Origin: Balanoglossus misakiensis
Taxonomy: Eukaryota > Animalia > Hemichordata
NCBI GenBank assembly: GCA_040954595.2
Contig: CM082583.2
Coordinates: forward strand, 9,038,254 to 9,102,253
Reading direction: 5' to 3'
DNA length: 64,000 nucleotides
The notes under the pieces are model-generated. The model made no database searches. It saw only the letters and a list, made by a program, of their open reading frames with translations, and was not told where the DNA came from. Each line of letters starts with the position of its first letter. Within the stretch, counting starts at the first letter, position 1. Of the stretch, positions 44,955-56,234 are shown piece after piece. The translations under genes were made by a program, and so were the position numbers.

Positions 44955-47900
44955 GTGCAAATAGGCTGCCGATACATGCACATTATGCAAGACGTTGCGA
45001 TCCCGTCCCATTTACAGTGAAGCAATAGAGGGCGCTTCTTTTACAAGGAAACTGTTCGTGATCCTTATGCACCTCAATCTCCTTATAAAAGATGCAAAAG
45101 GCAACGCTATACAAACATAATTAACTGTTTTTAAAAAAGTGTCCTCGATGATTATCCCAATAACCTTTCATGCATTACACATACCAGCTTAGCTCTATTA
45201 TGTTTTGTTCGGGTTTTCATCTGAGAATTTCAAATGACCATTGCCTTTGTTTAATGTGAATTAATACACAATCATTTCGTTCGTACCATTGTAATTATGG
45301 AATACATATCACAATTAAGTTTAATTGCAAGTTAATTTCAATTGGAACTGGTCAGCTGTGTCATCTGCATACATGTAGATTGTCAGTAAACAAAGGGAGA
45401 TCATTAATGAAAAGCAAAAAGAACAAAGACCCCTGTGGTAGGTACACCTGCAGTGCATGGAGCCAGGAATCGCTTTGTGTCTCGTTGAAAAAATTCTGCA
45501 AATATGATGTGATAAACAACATGGTCTTTTCTGAGCAACCAACTAGCTTTTTTTCTTAGTAAAAATTGTTGTCCACTCGATCAAACGCCACCATATTTCA
45601 TTAAGCTATTTCGTAGTAGCGGAAATTTGTGATGTTTTCGCATTAAAGCAACACGAAGTTCGATGGGCCAAAGTGTAGATCACTAGTCGCGATGAGCGTA
45701 AAGGAAATTTATCAATATACATGTAGTCAAAACTGATAATAGAAAGTTATTCAAAATACAATCATGCTCGTCGCTACCACCGGTATTTATGCTGTGAGCG
45801 CCCCTATTGTATTTGCTTATTGTTTCCTGCTAATTGGCGGGCGAAGATGAGGATCTACAAACATTTGTAACTTAACTGCTTTGAGGTAGTTCATTGGATA
45901 ACTCAAAGGATGGTCGCATGTTTCGACTGGCAAGAATCTTCCAACGCTTATGCCAAATCACGAAATGCATGGTTGGATTTAGTCTAATGTAAACATGCTT
46001 TAGTCTTAAATGTTTCACCTGTCATAACGGTGTTACATTTCCTCCAAAGTGCAGTAAATAAATATAGCCAATTAATTAATTGATCGCGAACCACATCCGC
46101 TGACCATGCTGTTTACTCCGTTATTTTTGTCACCTTTTCACTTTTGAGAAGGATGGCTGACATACATCCGCCGATATGGTCTGAGCAAGTTTACGTCTTG
46201 TCTCGACAACAAAAGTCTGAAACCTGTTTGTTGTTGTTTGTGGTGCTGGTTGGTGTGTCTGACCTATTTTCAACGATTTCTAGGAACAGCCGCCCACACT
46301 GATATGCTTGTTGTTGTGTTGTCCGCTGGGCCTCTATGTCTGTCTTGTGTCACCGGAGCTTCGGAGAACTCCAGGAATCGCTACGACGACGCAAGGCCAA
46401 TGTGTGGGCGGACTTTTTATGAATGTTTACAAACTTCGCATTACTAATCGAAGCTCATGTAAACAGTCTGGTGCAGTCCAAGAGATCGCAATTGGACCTA
46501 TTTTGGAACTATTATAAGATATCCAGAAATATTGTATCAATCAACTGAACTTTTTGAAACTGCATTGACGTAGCTCATTCATGGTATATGTATAACAATA
46601 TACAGGTTGAGAAACGCTGTAGTTACGATTTCCCACAGAAGTCGGTATTTCGAGCTATAATCGATAACTTCGATTTTCCTATTTTTTTTTATAATTAGGA
46701 ACATTGTTTTCCTTAAACATTTACATTGAAACTACGGCGTTATGTGCTCATCGGCAGTGGCACACACCGATGCCCGTTGAAGGTCAGGATTTTATTACGT
46801 GAGTCAAAATGAACCGCGGTGCTCTTCTCGGCAACTTTGGCCAATTTTCTCGAGAATGGATGGTTTGCACTCGTTCACGTGCAAATAAAAAACATGAGTA
46901 GGTGGATAGCATCCCCGCACTTGTCTAGATCCCTTCAAATAAAGACAACTGTCACCGGGCAGTTTGCCAGTATGGATAAACACAGGCATTTACGAATGGC
47001 AATTTATGTAGAAATGGGCAGTTGTAGTACGCGTAGCGAAACTGCTGGCGTAGGGCAGGTCTCGTGAACAACATCACAGAACAGTTCATTGCAAATTAAT
47101 CACTCTTTAACGGTATACAGTATTTTGAAGGGATCTGGTGTAACTTTAGATAACATTTCCAGTGATTATCCACCACAATTTATTGTCCCGCTGCCCCTAC
47201 ACTGCTGATGTTGACATGCCCAATTTGTTTATATAATATGTGCCGTTCAATGCTTATTCAAATAAATATGGTAATTGATTTATTTTGATTTCACTTAACC
47301 AGTTTGTACTCCCTGGGAGTTGTGATTAGCAAACAATTAGATGGTCTCGGGTAACAATTGCTGGTCGGTTCAACCAGTTGCATGTACTACTTGTAGCGTT
47401 ATACAATGAACCGACGAGGATTTGCATCTCAGGTGGTTGCATGTTACGGTATGTCCAAATGGCTATTCTGTAAAGTTTACGTAACGGGCCGTTCGATTCT
47501 TTCTCCAGCTTCCGGCCCACTATGATGCAAATCTTATCCTCGTCAATAAAATTTCGATGTAGGATGCGGTGTTTTCTAACTTTAAGATGGTTAACTCAAA
47601 GATTCTCGTTACCCTGGTTACCGAAAGAGAAACAGTTGCGACATATTGACACAATGTACTACTAATGCGGCGCCCTCACCGTCGTAAACCATGATGACCA
47701 GGGGATGCGTTTACCATCGGAGATGATTCTCTGGCTAGGTTCATGGCAATGTCCGCATTCTGCGCTCAAGTTAAACTGTAAGGGATTCCGTCCTCGGGCC
47801 ACTGTGCTTTAGATATCTAAAAAAAAGCTCAAAGAACTTTTCAAGCGCGCATTGGGTTTATGCATATGCAGGAGAATTGCCACTGGCGTGATCACAAGGA

Positions 47901-49359
47901 AAGGTGTAAACGACTTTCCCTGAAAGAGTTGTCCAGACGTCACTAAAACCTCTCTGATTCACTCTTAAAACTTTCCACACTTTGACATTTGACCACGAGT
48001 TGATTTTATTCCAACGGAGAGCGAAAGCCACCCTTTCCCAGTACCACCGTGTTCCAATCCGAATAGTTGAAAAAAATGTGACTGTCTCTCGTGTACCACA
48101 GCGTACCAAACCGACTAAGTAACTCTATACCTTCTTGCAAACTGTACAAAATATGATTGGTCTCTAATTATCAAGAGCTTCCGTGAAGTTGTGAAACATC
48201 TCATCATCTGTTTTTTTACAATCACGGCCCCGAGTATTCGAATTATGAGCGCAAATAAGACATCACTAATTGATTAAGATCGCTTTCCTTGTGTGTTTAT
48301 TTTAAAAAGATCACGGTCATTGAGTTGACAAGTTCGTAAGTTCTTTATGGCCAGATTTACTGCAACAGAATATCATCTTACTACAACTATTATCTCCTAC
48401 TTACAAGTAGCAGGTCAAAGTTCGCGACTTGTATGCTAGAATTATCTGCTAACAATCATGCTAATACCTAAGTGTTACTCTATGTTACGTAACCACAACA
48501 ACATTGCATACTTGGTCTCCTCCCAGGGACCTGTTCAAATTGGACGGCAGTCGCGATCCTTCCACAAGTCTCAATCGAACAACGCAATAAACAACAACCA
48601 GAAACTTGTATCGAAACTGGTGAAATCTTCGCAAATCAAATCAAACCACAATTCGTTGAATACATTCGTTCCGTACCTCAACTACTGGCGACCATCAACC
48701 CAGCAGTCAAGCATGCAGATTTAGAAATTGGCAAGATATTTATGCAATCTTATCGATTACAGTGAAATATTTTGGGTGATATACAAACTTATCAATTAAG
48801 GAAAAGACGTAAATAGCATTTAATCAGAAAGGGATGATAAACATTTTCTCTGCCTTATCCACTTTTAGAAGAGTTCAGTTTGTCATAAATTCTCGAAGTT
48901 GGTCTGTGACGTCACCTCAGTTGGTTTGAAGAGATGTAAAAGGGTTAATTTATCAATTTATAGCCAGATATTTGCTTGTGTTAAATTGGGTGGATGGCTT
49001 GTGATACGGGGAGTTGGTAGTATTAGAATATCTGTGTACGACTAGACTGGTAAAAAGAATGCCTTTGGCAACTGGTAGCCTGCCATGATTTTAGGGTGGT
49101 CTCTTGGCTTTGGTCAGACGGTGTCTGTGATACTCCATCCATAATTTTGGCCTCTTGGTGAAACACAGAAACTACTTGGCAGTGCGCTGGAGTGACAACA
49201 GAGAGGCGTAGTCCTGCAAGACCGGAAGACTATCTGAGCACCAGCCCAGTAGCCGAGCTGCATACAGATAGATAGCTCTATTGTTTCCAGACTCAATCCC
49301 CTTTCTACCTGTCCCGCAAACTGATAACTGTATGCACCCAGAGGGGACTATTAGTCTAT

Positions 49360-49763
49360 ACCGGCGCCGTGATTGGTCCGATTCGATCCCTTTACACTGG
49401 GTGCCTGTATGCAGAGAGGCCAGTCTTGCAAATTTCCTCCCGCACTCTTTCTCCACAAGCTGCCAGAGGTCTGACCAGAGTCATTGTTTTTGTCTCTCCC
49501 TCCTTGTGTAACTTAAAGCTCTCCCGGAGACGCCAGGAATTTCTGTATTTATATATACGACTGCTGGAGAGAGCCCAGTGGCATAGCTTTCGCAGACCAG
49601 TCCACTGCACTGGCGGATCCCGGGCTCTGACCGAACCCAGTGAACTCTCGACGACTCGACATGTGTTTTGGGGCCGCGTGATTTTTGTTGTGTATATAAA
49701 TCTGTACGATTTCGCGGGGAGTGACCAACTCCAACCAATCACACAGAAGCTCGGTTTCAAAAT
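49360..49763 (+). promoter_or_regulatory. fibrillin promoter / 5' UTR part of exon 1
   Basis: CpG-rich; ATTGG near 49372, TATATAAA at 49693-49700, CCAAT near 49735; ends at the ATG|GTAAGA donor. Confidence 0.45.
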
Positions 49764-49766
49764 ATG
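49764..49766 (+). CDS. FBN: fibrillin exon 1 coding part (ATG only)
   Basis: AATATG|GTAAGA donor; splicing to 50226 is in frame. Alternative start at ATG 50250. Confidence 0.55.
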
Positions 49767-52700
49767 GTAAGATTATTTTACAGTATATATTTTTTTGGTT
49801 CCGTCCGTTCTCCCAGTGCATGCACTTGCGGAGTTTAGTCCTTATAGTCAACGCAGTATGTTGGGGGTACCTCAGCGGGAGATAACCAAACATTCAAGTT
49901 CACACACCAGGGAGTGCTGTTAAGTTATTCATCCCGGATTTTGTTTTAGAGAAGATAGCGTGGACCGTACGCGAAACCTCACCACTCGCTGTTGGCGCCC
50001 AAGAATTGTCCTGGTGATTGTCACCCAGCATAAAGGCCGATCGACCGGGGCATGTGGACGCTTTGGTGGTGAGAGGTTCCCGGGCCCAAAATTTGCACTA
50101 TTGGCTGACTGCCCGAGATCGCGCCGAGAAAACTGGTTCACAGCAGCCCCCGTGAAGGCTCGCACGGCGCTGGCAGTCGCCTTTAACCGTATCTTTTGTG
50201 TCGTTTTCTTTCTCGTCAACAACAGGGCCGCAGTAGGTCATACGACAAAATGTTCCGACAGTGGGTTATACAAGTCTTTGTGGCTGTTACGTTGGCCTCC
50301 ATTGTGTGCGCCCAGACCGGGAACAGGCAGCTAGGCATTAACGGCGGCCAACAACAAAATCCAAATTTAATAAATGGGTGAGTACAGAACTTTACAAAAC
50401 GGTGACTTTAAAAAGTGGCTGGTGGAAGAACTTTGCAAAACGATGACTTGGAAAACTGGCCTGAGCTTTCAGTGTTGCGTTAAAAGAGGACGGACACTCG
50501 ACGGGCGGGGTGCGAAGGGGAGGGTGGAGGTGGCAAAACAATTGGCAAACACTTTCTCTCGCTCATCCTGAAACAGTCTTGGCATGGTTTCAATCTGCAA
50601 TGGACCAACTTCTCGCTTCGCTGAGCGTATTCACGGGTAATTTGCAATCAGCGGCAACACTTCCCGGGGTTTCTGCGATACCTACTTGTTCAGGTAAATT
50701 CATCGACCGTGTCGTAGACGATGATTCACTCGTGATTTTGTGACCAGCAACCCCTGACGGATTATGGTTGTTTGCTGCATGGGGTAAAACAGTATTTTTT
50801 ATGGAAGTTGACACGATGTAAGCAAAGTAACTGATCTGGTACTAACGGAAGAAAACTTGGCTAAGTTGCCTCCGGCTTTTTGAAAGGTCGAGCACTTCCG
50901 ATAAATCAAACAATTGATGTTTACTTGTTATTCAAACAAGCAAAAAAAAATGAAATTAAGCTTTACAGTCAACAATTGACTTATGAAGTTGATGAAAGTA
51001 TGTGAAAAATCACACTTCGGAGAAATATTACTAAGTAATAGATGAATGTATTGGTACAGGAAGTGGTAATTTCGAAGGTTAGCTGAACAGGACCTTTTGG
51101 CTTTTTATGTTTATTGAGGATACTGCTAGGATTTCAATTCTGGGGAGAATGTTATATACAAGGCTGTTCGCCCTTGACATGTTTTTTGTGGGTTTTCGAA
51201 GGGTTCTACATTGTGCTATAGACGGTTTATGTCAGCTAATCGGACAATTGACCCCTGACCCCTCCTCCCTGCAGTAGAAATTGACAACGCCAGGTGTCCG
51301 CTGCTACCAGGAGACGCCTCAGCGAGCAAGGAAGCCCTTCTCTGTTGAGTTCAGTTGTACTTGAAAAAAGTTCATGGTATTATCCGTATTGAGCCAAATA
51401 AGACAGACGTGACACAGGAAACAGTTTTGTCTCTTCCCTTTGGGCGCTATTGAATATGTACCAGTAGTCAATTATTTGTAGTTTATTGTCCTGTTTTATG
51501 ATGCAGTCAGATGACAATAGAAAGGGCCTACTCCCTGTTCGAGCTTATGCACAAAGACGCCGTTATCTCTGCACAACGTGTCTTCCACAAAGCTCGCTCT
51601 GTCTGTCTTCAACGTATAAAACTCTGAGGACCCCCGAAATCTGCCATAGACCGTAGAGAAGAAGGGTCCAGCTTTGGTCACGCCGAATGTCACAGAAAAT
51701 TGGCCCGTTTGTAATTCCTCCGCCCTGTAGTCTTAATCCTCACGAAGTGTGAACTTGAAATAAATGCTATTAATCTTTATTTTGTTAGCAAGTGGGAACT
51801 ACACGACAGATTAATGGTATTCGTTGGGTTTTTCGCGGTTTTTCTTTCGTTGTGGTACAAAATACTGGGCCGAGAGAAAAGTGGAAGAACCCTGGAACAA
51901 GAAAAATAGACACGGGATGATTTACTCATTTTGGAGCCGTGATGCAGAGAATTAGGGACAGGGCACGGCGCACGTTATGAGAGGTCAGAAAGCTGTAGCT
52001 TTTGAGTGTTTGAACTCTAGGGCTAAACTGAACACAATGAAATTCTCAGTGCGGGCTTTCCACGGCCCCGGAGGCTTGTAGGCGATTTCGCTCTCTCAGC
52101 GTACAAGTATAGGATTTACGCGTCTGAGTTTAATAGCCAGGAGAAAGGGGAGAGACACTGGCAATCTCGTATGCGGGTCGGGTTCATTGTCCCAATACCA
52201 ATGGCTTTGAATTGAGATGGATATTTACTCCCGCAAGAATGCCATTCTCTCTCTTGTTTGCATGCAAAGTGGCAAGTCCACTGTGTCTCCCAGGAGCCTC
52301 CCATGAGAGAGCCTTTCGCCCCCCTTAATTAGCGAATTTTCTTCGGTCTACTTCTTCGTTCTCGGTGGCTTGGTCGGGACAATTTAGAGCGCATCTATTG
52401 TCCGCTTTACCTCTATTCCTGTTGTGTAACACAGGAATTTGCACCAAATTGCCTATCCGCGATTATCTAATCGGAGACAACAAAAGTCCAAGATGTAATG
52501 CCCGGTTGCAGCTGTCCAGTTTAACTTTTTTGTGCGTGCAGATGATCGACTGCAGTGACGCAGCAGCACAGACTGAAGCCCCCTCCCCCCGCCCGATATG
52601 AGATAAAGCAGGCAGCCTGTTCTGCTTCGGGACGGAGAAAACGACCTGTCAATATGCTATTATTAATCAAACTTGTGTTCCCCTACCGTTGTAAACAAAA

Positions 52701-55700
52701 CGATCTGAAGTGTAAACAAGGTTGACGGATTACAATTACAGTTACATGAGCGGACAAACAAAACTCTCGGTTGGATCAGCTCTGCAATGGACATCTTTCT
52801 GCCACGACAACGTACTTGTAAGAAAAGGGTTAAAATAAGCATTCCTCCTCAGGATGAGTGATGAAGTTGACGGAAAGAAGTCAAAAATTGAGTACCGAAA
52901 CGAGAAGATGACGTATAGTACAGTCCGCATGCATTGATAGAAGGAATGACCGTGTATAGTCTATTGGCCAATTTCTGAGCACGGGTTCTTGTCTCGCTTA
53001 ACCTACATACTTTTTTTACTGCCAGTGTGTATTTTACCGGTCTTTAACAGGTTATTGAGCGTGCTTTCCCACTTCCTGTTGCGTTTACCGTCATAAATCA
53101 CCACTTTATGCAATATTCCATTCAGGGATAGAACGGCGCTTTTATACACGTCGGCATCGTAAATCTTGATATGTGTAACGTAGCCCCAAAGGCATGCCTG
53201 CATATGTGTGGACGCAGTATCTCCCCCAGGGCATCGACCCCACATTCGATTTTCCACAATTCTGAATTATCAAGTTTCTGGTTCGTGCATACATACTTCT
53301 TAATTTTGGAACATGGTACGGTGCATTCTAAAAAAAATCAGAAGTCTAGAACTGTTGCAATAAAACTCTTTTTCACTGCAAAATCATTCAGCCGTTCCCG
53401 CGTACTAAAAGTTCGTCGTTCGGACCAAGAATAAGTACGTCGATTGGGTACCACCTTGTAGTATAAATTCTCCCCCAGTTACGCTTACAACCGTATTTGT
53501 TAACTTTGAATGTTTCTCCTTTTTCAGTCCCAATGTTTGTGGGTCTCGTATTTATTCATACTGCTGTCCGGGATGGAGGTTACATCCGACCCTGAATCAG
53601 TGTATAGTCCGTAAGTATCTGGTCATTATCCCTGGGGTTTCGAGGGGTGGCTAAATTTAGCTAAACCAGGCACTCATACAGGCCATTTAACAATGAAATC
53701 TTTATGTTGTGGCAACTAAGCCTTCCTTTAGGAGAGAGCCGATTTGCCAGCTATAGTTATTCGTGTATCGTTAAAGTTTGTACATGTACATCATTACCCG
53801 GAACACCTTTTTGTGATGATGTAGGAGTATAAAATTCATATTTTGTTTCTAATTTCCGACCCCAACAGCAATTTGTACATCCTCTTGCGGGGATGGTGGT
53901 TACTGCAGCAGACCAAACACGTGTTCTTGTTCAAATGGACAGACTGGGCCAACCTGTAGGGGTATAATTCCAGGCCCGCAGATTCCAGGTAAGGATCTCA
54001 AACTTGGTTACATAAAAACAAAAGTATCTGCTTCTTTTCAACTCGATAAAATATAAGTTTACCCACAATGCACTTGTTGTATTCAGTATCACAACAAGAA
54101 GATGAGTGATACAGTGAGGATGTGAAACGGTAAGTTTAATTAAAGAAACGGGGCAAAATTTCGTTTTATTTTACAACAGACCGGTGTTAAATGTCCCCTG
54201 TCACCTTTATAATCACAACTTTCTCACAGTTATTAATGGTTCGTCCGCAAAAATTGGTCGGTGAAGGGCTATGTAGACGCCATCGACACAATATAGGAAG
54301 GATAGTCTGGATTATATCTTCCTCATTCGAACCCTATCATGATGTAGCTGATAGTCACATCTCGTCACTTGTGTGTTCATATTTCAGAGAGGTTTCCCAA
54401 CGAAATATGTAATAATTATTTTAAAGTATGTGCAATTATAGCGCATAGGTAACTCCTTGTTCTATAGTCCAGTGACTGAGTGAGCCTTACTATTTTGGTC
54501 GTTTACACGTTCGATAGAACCGGACCTGAGACCATCCATCCATCCATCCGTCCGCCCGTCTGTCTGTATATCTGAAAGGACATATTTTATGTCGCACCTT
54601 ACTCTGTGAAGTTTGCTGTTTCCGTCTGTGCCATTTTAGAGGGCATTTCTGGTATTTAAAATCACAAAATACACCTGGGCAATACATTGGAGATACTGAC
54701 AGGATGCAAGTGAACCTTACAGCCATTTAGTCCAGTCTTGAATTTCTCACCACAATACACACAACCATAATAGTGAGTGGTTGTGCTCGGACCATTTTCA
54801 GACAGTGTCTTTTGTAGCATAGCAAGCCTTTTTATTTGTGTTACTGTTTGAGTCTAACAGCACATTTATTTGTTAAAAACCTAGGTCCAGGATCCTGCAC
54901 TACCAATTGCTTAAATGGAGGTTTATGTCAAGGACCCAGAAACGCTTGCAGCTGTAGACCAGGCTACGCGGGACCCTCATGTGGGCAACGTAAGTACTTT
55001 ATTAGAAATTGACCCACCTGCAAATCAGAATCAAAATACTAGTACAATGATTATTCTGTCATGATGTGCAGACATAACCCCGTACGGTTTTATTGCATGC
55101 AGCTGTCTGCAGTCCAGGCTGCCAGAATGGAGGACGATGTGTTGGCCCCCAGAGATGTAACTGTCCGTATGGCTTCACAGGAAGAACTTGCGAAAGAGGT
55201 AGGATAATGAAGTATAGCCTTGTCTCTTTTGATAATTTAACCACAAACAGACCAAGTCATTCGAAGTTAGCATAAAGATCAAGGTATCCTGAGATCTACT
55301 ACTTTATGACCCCCAGGCTATTAGATCAAGTCAGTGGAAATCACCACGTTCATCATGTATGTTTTATTGAGTCAGAGAAAAGTGTTGCCTTTAAATTTTG
55401 TTTAGGGATATGCAACAGGTGATAAAAGTGTAAGTTTTCTGATCGTTTAGTTTCTTATATTGGTGTCTGTGAACAGATTACAGGACAGGTCCATGCTTTA
55501 CCAAGGTTGAGAACAACATGTGTCTAGATCCTTTGGATGGCGTGGTGTGTACCAGGACTCTGTGCTGTGCGTCTCTTGGCAGAGCTTGGGGAAATCCTTG
55601 TGAACAGTGTCCAGCCACTCCACACCCTTGCCAGAGGGGATTCATTCCAAGCTCACAGGGCAACGATTGCATCGGTAAGGTACTCACTGTGGTAGCTGGC

Positions 55701-56179
55701 AAACTTTCAATTTTGTCTATATAGTTGAATGTACAGAACTATATTGCTGTCTCTTAGAATTTAAGCTCCATGCACTATGATTGCTGTTGACACAACAGAT
55801 ATCGATGAATGCCAAGCGATCCCCGGGATATGTGAGAAGAGTAATTGTATCAACACCATTGGGTCGTACAGGTGTGAGTGTACAGATGGTCAACAGAGGA
55901 ATGAGATCACCATGGAGTGTGAAGGTGAGTGACTAGATCATAAGCAACACTATAGCCTATTCAGTGAAAGACTGTATGCACGTAGCCTGCTTCATGCGAA
56001 ATACCACAGATCGGTGTAATGGCCTGGAATCCTATTGATATTAATGAGGTGTGTCCAGGCAGTGCAAGTGTTCTGCTTTATAGTTGCATTAATGTCTCTG
56101 AGATATCAGTACAGGTAAGTCCTGCAGGCTGTGAATAGTGTGATTTTTTGTGTGTCTGTGGGACATCACACTCACACTC

Positions 56180-56234
<55 letters not shown>

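Noticed and set aside
45882-45903. let-7-like 22-mer TGAGGTAGTTCATTGGATAACT
   Set aside because: The seed matches, but the only local hairpin (CTTTGAG...CTCAAAG) puts the 22-mer across the loop; no star arm is visible.
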